A stretch of 64,000 bases of DNA from Sulfurospirillaceae bacterium. GTDB lineage: Bacteria; Campylobacterota; Campylobacteria; Campylobacterales; Sulfurospirillaceae. Shown one piece after another: positions 37,373-46,343 of this stretch. The notes beneath the pieces were generated by a model. That model had not been told where the DNA came from. It saw only the letters and a program-made list of their open reading frames with translations, and did no database searches. The stretch covers positions 32,001 to 96,000 of the forward strand of contig JAWVXD010000006.1 in NCBI GenBank assembly GCA_033723415.1. The letters run 5' to 3'. The translations under genes were made by a program, and so were the position numbers. Each line of letters begins with the position of its first letter. Within the stretch, counting starts at the first letter, position 1.

Positions 37373-38221
37373 CTATCTCAATAACTGAATGTCAGCTTTT
37401 ATGTCTGCCGGTTTACCGAAATACAAAGAAGATGTCACAAGTAGATCAGCCCCACAAGCTGAGATCTCTTTTACATTCTGCATGTTTATACCGCCTGCAG
37501 CACTGATTCTTGTATTGGGAGATATCTCTTTTATCTGTTTTACTGCTGTTTTCAAATCTTCGATGCTAAATTTATCCAACTGTATGATATCTACATTTGC
37601 TTTAGCCAATTTTAGTGCATCTTCTATATTATGAGCCTCTACGGCTATCATCTTTTCACACGCTTTTTGCTTGAGCTCTTTTAAATTATCTATAAATTTG
37701 TCTAATCCACCGTAAAATCTCAAATGTTCTTCAAACACCAAAATACTCTCTCCAAGTCCTAATCTGTGTGGATACGCACCACCGACCAAGACTGCTTTTG
37801 TAGCTAGTTGCTTAGTGCCTGGAAAAATTTTTCTTGTTGTAACAATTTCGACTTTTGGATTGACGTCCTTTGCTGATTCAACGAATTTCTGGACTCTAGT
37901 GGCAACTCCTGAGGCATTTTCAAGTATATTTACACAAACCTTCCATACCAGATGTAAAGCATCTGCTCTGCCTTTTGCTTGCAGTAATACTTCGCCTTTT
38001 TTCAAAAAAGTTCCTGATCTTTTGTAGTTCAAAACTTCTAGATCATACTTGTCAAATATTTTTTTGACCTCTTCCGTACCGCAAACGCAAATATTTTCTC
38101 GTGCTATATAACTGATACTTCCACTTTGTTCTTCTATACCCAAGATATGGCTCGTTAAGTCAATATAAGGCACATCTTCGTCTATAAATCGCTCCAAAAC
38201 ACTATCGTTTATATTTACCAT
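37373..38221 (-). CDS. modD: ModD protein (NadC/ModD family)
   Basis: EDVPYIDLTS, WKVCVNILE, TTRKIFPG, HRLGLGESILVFEEH, AAGGIN. Confidence 0.85.
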   Translation of the reverse strand: MVNINDSVLERFIDEDVPYIDLTSHILGIEEQSGSISYIARENICVCGTEEVKKIFDKYDLEVLNYKRSGTFLKKGEVLLQAKGRADALHLVWKVCVNILENASGVATRVQKFVESAKDVNPKVEIVTTRKIFPGTKQLATKAVLVGGAYPHRLGLGESILVFEEHLRFYGGLDKFIDNLKELKQKACEKMIAVEAHNIEDALKLAKANVDIIQLDKFSIEDLKTAVKQIKEISPNTRISAAGGINMQNVKEISACGADLLVTSSLYFGKPADIKADIQLLR

Positions 38222-38230
38222 GACCCCTCT

Positions 38231-38971
38231 TTACATCTTTCTTGCTTTTTCATATGATGCACGCATTGCTTTTATGAAACTATCGCGCACGGCTCCCTCT
38301 TCCAAAGCAGCAATACCTGCTATCGTAGTTCCGTTTGGTGATGTCACTTGATCTTTTAATATCGCAGGATGAACATCTTGCAGTGCAATACCTACACCTT
38401 CAAATAAAGCAGATATGAATTCATAGGTCACATCTCTTTTGAGTCCCAGATTTACAGCACCGTCACTCAGCGATTCTGCCACCATGGCAAGCCAAGCAGG
38501 AGCCGAACCGGCAAGAGCAGAAGCGATGTCCAGTTCATTTTCGCTTTTTAACCAAAAGCATTTACCTATAGAGCTTAAGATCTCCATAGCATCATCTTTC
38601 AACTCTTCATCACCGCACAGGGAAGTTGCTGATTTTTGTACAGCTGCTGCCATATTCGGCATAGCCCTTACATAAGATTGAGCTTTAACCTTGTTTTTCA
38701 ACTTTTCTATGCTAGTACCTGCCAATATAGAGATCAAACCTTTTGCATTTCCTTCTACCTCGAACTCATCTAAAGATTGTGGTTTTATAGCAAGTATCAC
38801 TATATAATCATCAATAGATGCAACAGCATTTATTATCTGTATATTTGGATATTTTTCTTGCAATTTATTTGCTCTTTGAGTTTTTCTCTCAACAACAGTG
38901 ATGTCATATTGAGACAAACCTTTCAACATGGCCTGCCCCATATTCCCTGCACCTATTAAAAGTAATTTCAT
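38231..38971 (-). CDS. proC: Pyrroline-5-carboxylate reductase
   Basis: IGAGNMG, LAIKPQ, RAMPN, GSAPA, VTSPNGTTIAG. Confidence 0.95.
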   Translation of the reverse strand: MKLLLIGAGNMGQAMLKGLSQYDITVVERKTQRANKLQEKYPNIQIINAVASIDDYIVILAIKPQSLDEFEVEGNAKGLISILAGTSIEKLKNKVKAQSYVRAMPNMAAAVQKSATSLCGDEELKDDAMEILSSIGKCFWLKSENELDIASALAGSAPAWLAMVAESLSDGAVNLGLKRDVTYEFISALFEGVGIALQDVHPAILKDQVTSPNGTTIAGIAALEEGAVRDSFIKAMRASYEKARKM

Positions 38972-39107
38972 AATCTTCCTTTTTTATGTTCAAATAGTTG
39001 TTTAAAAAACCTTTGTACTATGTTTTAGTCTTAAAGATTTTTCGACAAAAGTCTCAAAAATCGTATATTTAGACTTTAAAATTTGTGATTATTATACAAC
39101 ATTTTAT

Positions 39108-39141
39108 CTGTAACCGTTTTGTAACAAACTTAATATATAAT
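39108..39141 (+). promoter_or_regulatory. Pho-box-like direct repeat plus -10 element of the phn operon
   Basis: CTGTAAC-cgtt-TTGTAAC (11-bp period, 39108-39125), then 10 nt, then TATAAT (39136-39141). Confidence 0.65.
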
Positions 39142-39173
39142 TCTCAAAGCACAAAAACATAGGAAAAATACTT

Positions 39174-39917
39174 ATGATCAAAATGAAAAAACTCACACTC
39201 GGATATAAGAAAGAAAAGATTTTAAACAAATTGAATCTTGAGATCAAAAAAGGAGAATTTGTAGGTATCATAGGACCTAGCGGAGCCGGAAAATCAACGC
39301 TTATGATGTCCATAGTCGGTGGTATTAAAGTATTTGACGGTGATTTTGAAGTGCTTGGATTTGATATGCACAATATAAAAAAGAAAAATTTATTTAAACT
39401 TAGAGAACAAGTCGGCATCATCTTTCAAGGCTATAATCTGGTAGAGCGCTTAAGCGTTCTTGACAATGTCATCAGCGGCATGTTAAAAGATATACCTATG
39501 CCCAGAGCCATCATAAAATACTACAAACACAAAGAACTCAAAAAAGCAAAAGAGTACATGGAGATCGTTGATATTTTGAAATATTCTAAAAATAGATGCG
39601 ATGAATTAAGCGGCGGACAGAGACAAAGAGTCGCGATCGCTAGGGCCTTGGCAGGTGAGCCCAAAATCATCCTTGCAGATGAGCCGATATCCGCACTCGA
39701 TCCTAGCAGCGCTAAAAAGGTGATGGATATCTTAAAGAAAGTCAACGAAAAATACGGTGTTACGATTGTCACCAATCTGCATCATTTGGAAGTTGCCAAA
39801 GACTACTGCGAACGAATCATTGGCGTGAATAACGGCACAGTAATCTTTGATGGTAAAAGCGGTGAATTATCTCCCAAGATAGTTGAACAAATATACACTA
39901 CCAATACCAAAAAGTAG
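39174..39917 (+). CDS. phnC: Phosphonate ABC transporter ATPase
   Basis: GPSGAGKST, LSGGQRQRVAIARAL, ADEPISALDP, NLH. Confidence 0.93.
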   Translation: MIKMKKLTLGYKKEKILNKLNLEIKKGEFVGIIGPSGAGKSTLMMSIVGGIKVFDGDFEVLGFDMHNIKKKNLFKLREQVGIIFQGYNLVERLSVLDNVISGMLKDIPMPRAIIKYYKHKELKKAKEYMEIVDILKYSKNRCDELSGGQRQRVAIARALAGEPKIILADEPISALDPSSAKKVMDILKKVNEKYGVTIVTNLHHLEVAKDYCERIIGVNNGTVIFDGKSGELSPKIVEQIYTTNTKK

Positions 39918-39947
39918 TGTAGCAAAAAATTATTAAAGGGCATATAA

Positions 39948-40823
39948 ATGAGAAGAGCATTTTTGAAAAAAGCTGTAGTTGCTACATTGGCTTTAACTTT
40001 AGGCGTATCCGCTGCTAACGCAAAACAGGCTAACTGGCCAAGTGAAATCACATATGGTGTGATCCCGGTTGCAGGTGCACAGGGTTTACAAGATACATTT
40101 GGAAAAGTTGCTGCATATTTACAAAAAGAACTCGGCATAAAAGTAAAACTAGTAACTCCTAGTGATTATGCAGGCGTTATCGTAGGTATGGCACACAAAC
40201 ATATTGATGTAGCATACTTTGGACCGAAATCATACTGTGAAGCTGCAAAAAGAGCTGGTGCAGAAGCTCTAGTAGTAGAGATTGATGCAGAAGCTGGAAT
40301 TCCTGGATATTATGGTTATATTATCACAAAAAAAGGAAGCGGACTTAAAACTTTAGCTGATATAAAAGGCAAAAAATGGGCTTTTACAGATCCTAACTCT
40401 ACAAGCGGAACACTAGTTCCTACAGTTATGTTCGCAAACAAAGGTATAAACCCGCAAACATATTTTTCAAGAGTCGTATACTCAGGTAGTCATGAAGCTT
40501 CGATTCTTTCTGTAAAAAATGGGAAAGTAGATGCTGCTTCTACAAATAATCTTGATTTCAACAGAGGACTTGGCAGACAATGGGAAGAAAGCAATTTCAA
40601 TATCATCTGGAAATCAAAACTAATCCCTGGTTCTCCAATGGCTGTAAGACGTGACCTTCCGGAATCTCTTAAAATGGCTATAAAAGGTGCTTTTATCTCT
40701 TATAATGACAAAGCAAACTTAGCTAAGATGAAAATCTTGGGATATGCTCCTGCTACAGACAGTATGTTTGACGGCGTCAGAGATATGATCAAATTCAAAG
40801 AATCTCTAAAAAAGAAAAACTAG
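39948..40823 (+). CDS. phnD: Phosphonate ABC transporter substrate-binding protein
   Basis: Signal peptide; DYAGVI, DPNSTSGTLVP, GSHEASI. Confidence 0.93.
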   Translation: MRRAFLKKAVVATLALTLGVSAANAKQANWPSEITYGVIPVAGAQGLQDTFGKVAAYLQKELGIKVKLVTPSDYAGVIVGMAHKHIDVAYFGPKSYCEAAKRAGAEALVVEIDAEAGIPGYYGYIITKKGSGLKTLADIKGKKWAFTDPNSTSGTLVPTVMFANKGINPQTYFSRVVYSGSHEASILSVKNGKVDAASTNNLDFNRGLGRQWEESNFNIIWKSKLIPGSPMAVRRDLPESLKMAIKGAFISYNDKANLAKMKILGYAPATDSMFDGVRDMIKFKESLKKKN

Positions 40824-40840
40824 ACATAACACTTTCGTCA

Positions 40841-40926
40841 GTGTATTTGCGGCAATACTCTTTGTCGCAAATACACATCACTTAAATTTAAAAAAACTAA
40901 TCATATATTGTTTTTTTTAAATTTAA
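40841..40926 (+). terminator. Two tandem hairpins between phnD and phnE
   Basis: gtgtatttgcggcaa / ttgtcgcaaatacac (40841-40876) and ttaaatttaaaaaaa / tttttttaaatttaa (40882-40926). Confidence 0.65.
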
Positions 40927-40939
40927 TCAGGGAGAGATA

Positions 40940-41809
40940 ATGTCTGAAATTTTATCTATTAATAAGCTAAAAAAACAATCTACGCCGTTTAAAATATATA
41001 ATTTTGTGATAATCGCAATAATTATGTTTATCGTAGTTCAAAGTTGGATATCCACGGAAATGAGCTTTACAACACTGGCTCAAGGATGGGGAGATATGGT
41101 TTCTTATATAGTAGGAAATCCAAAGATCGAGGGAAGTAGCTATTTCCCTCCTAGCATTTACAAAAGTAGCCTCATCACATATTTTTGGGCCATGTTAGAG
41201 ACCGTTGAGATGGCTATCATTGCTTTGGTACTCTCAGTTATTATAGCTATTCCGTTATCTTACATAACATCAAGAAATATTTTAGAAGTCTTGATACCAG
41301 GCAAAACGATCTATCACTTTGTAGCACGAAGAGCTTTGTATGCAATCGGCACTTTAGTTGCAAATATATTTAGATCTGTAAATGAGCTTGTCTGGGCTTT
41401 GATATTTGTCAGTGCGGTAGGACTTGGTCCTATGGCAGGGATCATGGCACTGGGTATTCATACAACCGGAGTTTTGAGTAAGCTATTGAGCGAGGGAAAC
41501 GAAGCGATTGATCCTGGTCCCGTTGAAGCTCTGACAAACAGTGGAGCAGGTTTTATAAAAGTTTTGATATTTGCAGTTATTCCGCAAACTATGCCGCATT
41601 TTATTTCCATGACGCTGTACCGCTTTGAAAGTGATGTTAGAAGCGCATCTATATTAGGTTTCGTAGGTGCAGGCGGTATAGGATTTTATCTTTTTGACAA
41701 GCTCAGAAGTTTTGAAAATTCGGAAGTATGTACTATTTTGATCTTTATCATACTGACTGTTTGGATACTGGACAATATCAGTGCAGCTATAAGAAAAAGA
41801 TTTATATAA
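40940..41809 (+). CDS. phnE: Phosphonate ABC transporter permease
   Basis: RSVNELVWALIFVSAVGLGP, EAIDPGPVEAL, YRFESDVRSASILGFVGAGGIG. Confidence 0.93.
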   Translation: MSEILSINKLKKQSTPFKIYNFVIIAIIMFIVVQSWISTEMSFTTLAQGWGDMVSYIVGNPKIEGSSYFPPSIYKSSLITYFWAMLETVEMAIIALVLSVIIAIPLSYITSRNILEVLIPGKTIYHFVARRALYAIGTLVANIFRSVNELVWALIFVSAVGLGPMAGIMALGIHTTGVLSKLLSEGNEAIDPGPVEALTNSGAGFIKVLIFAVIPQTMPHFISMTLYRFESDVRSASILGFVGAGGIGFYLFDKLRSFENSEVCTILIFIILTVWILDNISAAIRKRFI

Positions 41810-41833
41810 AAACACTAAAAAGGAGCAGTTGAC

Positions 41834-42262
41834 ATGCGAAGAGAAGAGTTAAATTTTATACTACAAAAAACAGATCTTAGTGAGTTAAGAGAACTGTATA
41901 AAAACATCAAAAAAAAGCATGTTGTAACAATCTTACAATCGCCGACACAACAAACACTGCTACAGCCTGTATATGATCCAATAAGCAATGGAGAATTTTA
42001 CGGTGGGGAAATACTTGTAACCACAACCATAGTAACTGTCGGAAATCAATCAAACAAAGGATGGGCAATGGTCTTAGACGATCATGAAAAATTATCTTTG
42101 TATATCGCTGTTTGTGATGGTGCTTATGCAGCCGGTTATTTTAAAGATGAGATAATCAAACTAGTAAAAGATTCAAAACGTAAAATTCTGCTGTCTCAAC
42201 TTGAAGAAAATAAAAAAGTAAACTCGACAAAAGTCAGTTTTGATCTTATGGCACAAGGATAA
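41834..42262 (+). CDS. phnG: C-P lyase subunit G
   Basis: Operon position; FYGGEILVT, GWAMV, C-terminal STKVSF. Confidence 0.85.
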   Translation: MRREELNFILQKTDLSELRELYKNIKKKHVVTILQSPTQQTLLQPVYDPISNGEFYGGEILVTTTIVTVGNQSNKGWAMVLDDHEKLSLYIAVCDGAYAAGYFKDEIIKLVKDSKRKILLSQLEENKKVNSTKVSFDLMAQG

Positions 42263-42265
42263 ACA

Positions 42266-42805
42266 ATGCAAAAAATAGATTTAGAAAAATTAAATAGAAA
42301 AAATTTCAAGGCTTTGATGAGCGCACTATCAATGCCAGGTAATATCAAAAAAATATCTCCTCTATACAAATCTGCAATGTTAGCACTGTCCAATGTACTT
42401 TTATACAACGAAGTAACGTATTTTTTTGCAGGAGATGACAATATAAGTCTTGTTGCCGACATAACTAATCCCAAGATTGAAACTGCCCAAAATGCCGATT
42501 ATATATTTAGTGATCAAATAGATAAAGACTTACTGGAGATAGCAAAAAAAGGTACTTTCTTGAATCCTGAGTTTTCTGCTACTTTGATATTTGCTTGTAA
42601 AGATTTCAACAAGACTAAAGCCAAGATAAGCGGTCCCGGGATAAAAGAGGAGAAGGAAATATATCTGCCATGTGAGCGTGAATTCATACAAACATTAACA
42701 GAGAAAAATTCCAACTATCCACTGGGGATTGAAGTATTTTTCATAAATGAAAAAAATGAACTTATGGCGCTTAGTCGAACAACCAAAATAGAAGTAGTTT
42801 CATAA
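42266..42805 (+). CDS. phnH: C-P lyase subunit H
   Basis: FKALMSALSMPG, GTFLNPEFSATLI, GPGI, YPLGIE, LSRTT. Confidence 0.9.
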   Translation: MQKIDLEKLNRKNFKALMSALSMPGNIKKISPLYKSAMLALSNVLLYNEVTYFFAGDDNISLVADITNPKIETAQNADYIFSDQIDKDLLEIAKKGTFLNPEFSATLIFACKDFNKTKAKISGPGIKEEKEIYLPCEREFIQTLTEKNSNYPLGIEVFFINEKNELMALSRTTKIEVVS

Positions 42806-43851
42806 TGGGTTACGTAGCAATAAAAGGCGGCGAAGAGGCTATCAAAAATTCTCTATCTTTTTATGATGATCTTATCAAAGAGAAAATAAAGACTAAAGAA
42901 ATCGAAGAATCTCTTGGATTTGCTGTTGATAAGGTGATGAGTGAAGGCAGTTTATATAGTAAAAAATTAGCAGCAATTGCGATAAAAAGAAGTGGCGGTG
43001 ATCTGCTTAATGCTGCATTTTTTCTAAGAGCACACAGAAGCAGTTGTGCAAGAGTCGGTATTGCCAAGACAATTAACACTGATGAGATGAGATTGATTCG
43101 GAGAATCTCTTCAGCATTCAAAGATATCAAAGGCGGACAGATACTAGGCCCTTCAAATGATTATCAAGTAAAACTTATACTGAAAAAATTACACCGTAAT
43201 ACGCTATGGGATGATTTTAGCGATCAAGATGTATATATAGAATCTGCCCTTAAACCGCTCAGAGATAAAAATCTAGTGAAAAAGCTTCCAAAAGATGCAA
43301 AAGTATCAGATATTACAAGGGTTTTCCCTACTCCTCCATATCCAAGAAGTGCCGTGATGCAGATCATGAGCAGAGGTGAGAGTGGTTCTATGCTTGGATT
43401 TGCATATACTTCTATGCGAGGATACGGTGATGTTCATCCTACTATCGGTGATTTAAGACTTGGCAGGTCAGATGTTATATTCAAACATCCTTTCACTGGA
43501 AATGACACAAAGATTGCAGAGATCGAACTAAGTGCTTGCGAAATAGCCGCTACATTTGAAAAACAAGATGACGGAGAGACAAAACTGACAACCGGTTTTG
43601 GTTTTTGTTTTGGATTTAACGAGACAAAAGTCATCAGTATGTCTATCTTGGATACCGCACTGTACAACACTTCGCATACTATAGGGGAAGGAAGCATCGC
43701 CAATAATTTTGAGATGATCGTCCATCATATAGACGGCATCGAATCGATGGGTTTTACTAATCACTATAAATTACCTCATTACGTAACATTTCAAACTGAT
43801 CTTCAAGTTTTTTCAAGTGCAAAAGAATATACAAAAAAGGATTCACAATGA
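42805..43851 (+). CDS. phnI: C-P lyase subunit I
   Basis: YVAIKGGEEAI, RRISSAFKDIKGGQILG, RGYGDVHP, HYKLPHYVTFQ. Confidence 0.95.
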   Translation: MGYVAIKGGEEAIKNSLSFYDDLIKEKIKTKEIEESLGFAVDKVMSEGSLYSKKLAAIAIKRSGGDLLNAAFFLRAHRSSCARVGIAKTINTDEMRLIRRISSAFKDIKGGQILGPSNDYQVKLILKKLHRNTLWDDFSDQDVYIESALKPLRDKNLVKKLPKDAKVSDITRVFPTPPYPRSAVMQIMSRGESGSMLGFAYTSMRGYGDVHPTIGDLRLGRSDVIFKHPFTGNDTKIAEIELSACEIAATFEKQDDGETKLTTGFGFCFGFNETKVISMSILDTALYNTSHTIGEGSIANNFEMIVHHIDGIESMGFTNHYKLPHYVTFQTDLQVFSSAKEYTKKDSQ

Positions 43852-43964
43852 AATTGACAGAAACTTTTAGTTTCATCAAACATAGTGACGACGAGACGCA
43901 GCCCTTACAAGGGCTGGTAAATTTAGCTTGGAACGGGTTCCAAGCTAAAGGAGACAAAAAATGA
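43848..43964 (+). CDS. Unannotated 38-aa ORF between phnI and phnJ, carrying two hairpins
   Basis: AAGGA SD; ATGA overlaps with both the phnI stop and the phnJ start; MKLTETFSFIKHSDDETQPLQGLVNLAWNGFQAKGDKK. Confidence 0.5.
   Translation: MKLTETFSFIKHSDDETQPLQGLVNLAWNGFQAKGDKK
43899..43949. repeat. Tandem GC-rich palindromes (REP/MITE-like)
   Basis: cagccctt-ac-aagggctg (43899-43916) and tttagcttggaac-gg-gttccaagctaaa (43922-43949). Confidence 0.75.
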
Positions 43965-44788
43965 GATATGCTTTTTTAGACGAAGATGCGAAAAAAGAGA
44001 TAAGAAGGTCAATCCTAAAAGCCATAGCAATCCCCGGATATTTAGTTTCTTTTGCTTCCAGAGAGATGCCTATAGCCAGAGGCTGGGGAACAGGCGGACT
44101 TCAAGTAACCCTTTCTATCATAAATGAAAAAGACAGACTCAAAGTCATCGATCAAGGATGTGATGGAAGCGTAAATGCAGTCAATATAAGAAACTTTATA
44201 TGCTCTGTGACCAAAAATAAGACCACTAGTGAAATGGATAAGGCGACTCTTATTCAAAGTAGGCACAGAATTCCTGAGATTTCATTAGAAGAAGAACAGA
44301 TACTAGTGCTTCAAGTACCGGAACCGGAAGTCTTAACCAATGTTGAAGCAGACAGTCTCAAACAAAAGATCATGCACGCAAACAGCGACTATGCCAAACT
44401 TTGGGTACTTTTATACGAAGATACGGCTCAATTTGGAGACAGCAGGATCGGGAACAGATACCCTGTCCTCGTCAATCATAGATATGCGATGGATCCCTCT
44501 CCCATACCAAAGTATGATACGCCGAAATTAAACGATAACAAAGGGCTTATCCTGTTTGGAGCAGGTCGTGAAAAGAAAATTTATGCTATTCCTCCATACA
44601 CTCATGTAGAGCCGTTGAAATTTGAAGATAGAGAGTTTAAGGTCGAAAGTTTTTCGGATAAAAAATGTAAAAAGTGTGGTGCAAAAGGTATCTTTATGGA
44701 TGAGGTTTATGATGAAAAGGGACACATAGAATATTATTGTAACGACACAAGCTATTGCGACCAACAGCTAGAGATCAGGAGAAAATAA
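43961..44788 (+). CDS. phnJ: alpha-D-ribose 1-methylphosphonate 5-phosphate C-P lyase (radical SAM)
   Basis: REMPIARGWGTGG, LKVIDQG, IQSRHRIPE, FGAGREK, CKKC...YCNDTSYC. Confidence 0.96.
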   Translation: MRYAFLDEDAKKEIRRSILKAIAIPGYLVSFASREMPIARGWGTGGLQVTLSIINEKDRLKVIDQGCDGSVNAVNIRNFICSVTKNKTTSEMDKATLIQSRHRIPEISLEEEQILVLQVPEPEVLTNVEADSLKQKIMHANSDYAKLWVLLYEDTAQFGDSRIGNRYPVLVNHRYAMDPSPIPKYDTPKLNDNKGLILFGAGREKKIYAIPPYTHVEPLKFEDREFKVESFSDKKCKKCGAKGIFMDEVYDEKGHIEYYCNDTSYCDQQLEIRRK

Positions 44789-45624
44789 TGGTGATGGAAT
44801 TAAAAGACATATACAAGATATACGGCTCAGGCTGTGATGCATGCCTAAATTCGACCGGAGCAGAATTTGGAAGCTCTATATGCCCTCATTGCGGTAGTGT
44901 AGTTGCTGTAAATAACATAAACCTTCACCTAAAAAAAGGTGAGATCCTAGGTATCGTAGGAGAAAGCGGTAGTGGAAAATCCACGCTTCTAAGACTCATT
45001 TATCAAGACGAAAAGGCAAGTGGCGGAATATTGCATTTGGACAATCTCGTAGATGAACTTGGACTTTATATCAATCTTTTAGAAGCAGACGAGAACGTAC
45101 TGGCATTTGTACGAGATAAGATCATGTCCATGATATACCAAAATCCGATGCTTGGTCTAAACTATCAATTTAGTGCAGGCGGAAATATCGCTGAGAAGAT
45201 CATCATGAGCGGAGAAAAAAAATACGGTGAGATACGAGAGCGAGCGTTGTATTTTTTGGAGAAGACAGAGATACCTACTGAACGCATCGATGATTATCCA
45301 GATCGTTTTAGCGGAGGACAACAACAGCGTATCCAGATATCAAAAGCCCTATCTTGCAACCCAAAAATCCTTTTGCTGGATGAACCGACAACCGGACTTG
45401 ATCTCTCTGTTCAGGCCAAGATCCTTGATCTCATCAAAGTACTGCAAAAAGAGATCGGCTTTGCCATGATCATCGTTTCACATGATCTAGGCGTCATCAA
45501 ACACCTGACAGATATCTGTATCGTAATGAAGAACGGCGAGATAGTGGAGTACGGTTTGAGCGATCAAATACTGGAAGATCCCCAACACCCCTACACACAG
45601 ATCCTTGTATCCAGCGTTTTATAG
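44788..45624 (+). CDS. phnK: C-P lyase ABC-type ATPase K
   Basis: GESGSGKST, SAGGNIAE, FSGGQQQR, LDEPTTGLDLSVQA, DPQHPYTQILVSSVL; AGGAG SD and TAATG coupling to phnJ. Confidence 0.92.
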   Translation: MVMELKDIYKIYGSGCDACLNSTGAEFGSSICPHCGSVVAVNNINLHLKKGEILGIVGESGSGKSTLLRLIYQDEKASGGILHLDNLVDELGLYINLLEADENVLAFVRDKIMSMIYQNPMLGLNYQFSAGGNIAEKIIMSGEKKYGEIRERALYFLEKTEIPTERIDDYPDRFSGGQQQRIQISKALSCNPKILLLDEPTTGLDLSVQAKILDLIKVLQKEIGFAMIIVSHDLGVIKHLTDICIVMKNGEIVEYGLSDQILEDPQHPYTQILVSSVL

Positions 45625-45632
45625 GAAAAAAA

Positions 45633-46343
45633 ATGTATAAAATCGAAATAAAAAATTTATCCAAAACATTTACGGTTCACACTCAAGGCGGCATAGAGAT
45701 CAGAGGATATGAAAATATAAATTTTGAAGTCAACAATGGTGAATTTATCTCTTTATTTGGCCCAAGCGGTATGGGGAAATCTTCTGTTCTCAAAGCACTC
45801 TATAGAACGTATACAACGACTAGTGGGGATATCTTGTTTAATTTTGACAATGGCGAACAGGTAAATATAGCAACCTGCGATGAAAGTACTATACTAAATA
45901 TAAGAAAAAATCACATCGGCTATGTTTCTCAATTTTTGCAAATCCTCCCACGTATCAGTGCAGTGAATATCGTCGCAAATCCGTTGATAGAGAAAGGTGA
46001 AAGTGAAACCGCTTCACAAGATAAAGCGAGAGAACTGCTCAGTTATCTCTCGATAAAAGAAGAGCTCTTTGATGTCTCCCCTTTGACTTTTAGCGGTGGG
46101 GAACAACAGAGAGTCAACATAGCCAAAGGAATCATCGCACCGAAATCCGTACTCCTTTTAGATGAACCGACGGCTTCTTTGGATAAGATAAATACGATGA
46201 AAGTCATAGAAAAATTACTAGAGATCAAAAAACAAGGCGTTGCGATGATAGGGATCTTCCATGACACAGAAGCGATGAATGCCATAAGCGATAAAATATA
46301 CGATATGAAAGAGCGATGTTATGCAAACGATAATCAGAAGTAA
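45633..46343 (+). CDS. phnL: C-P lyase ABC-type ATPase L
   Basis: KTFTVHTQGG, GPSGMGKSS, GYVSQFL, TFSGGEQQRVNIA, GIFHD. Confidence 0.93.
   Translation: MYKIEIKNLSKTFTVHTQGGIEIRGYENINFEVNNGEFISLFGPSGMGKSSVLKALYRTYTTTSGDILFNFDNGEQVNIATCDESTILNIRKNHIGYVSQFLQILPRISAVNIVANPLIEKGESETASQDKARELLSYLSIKEELFDVSPLTFSGGEQQRVNIAKGIIAPKSVLLLDEPTASLDKINTMKVIEKLLEIKKQGVAMIGIFHDTEAMNAISDKIYDMKERCYANDNQK

Noticed and set aside
37373..38221. Calling the ModD-like gene nadC
   Set aside because: EDVPYIDLT, WKV and HRLGLGESILVF match the ModD subfamily rather than true quinolinate phosphoribosyltransferase.
43757..43957. 66-aa minus-strand ORF across the phnI-phnJ gap
   Set aside because: It is antisense to phnI with no clear SD. 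Its LAWNPFQAK similarity to the plus-strand peptide simply reflects the palindrome.
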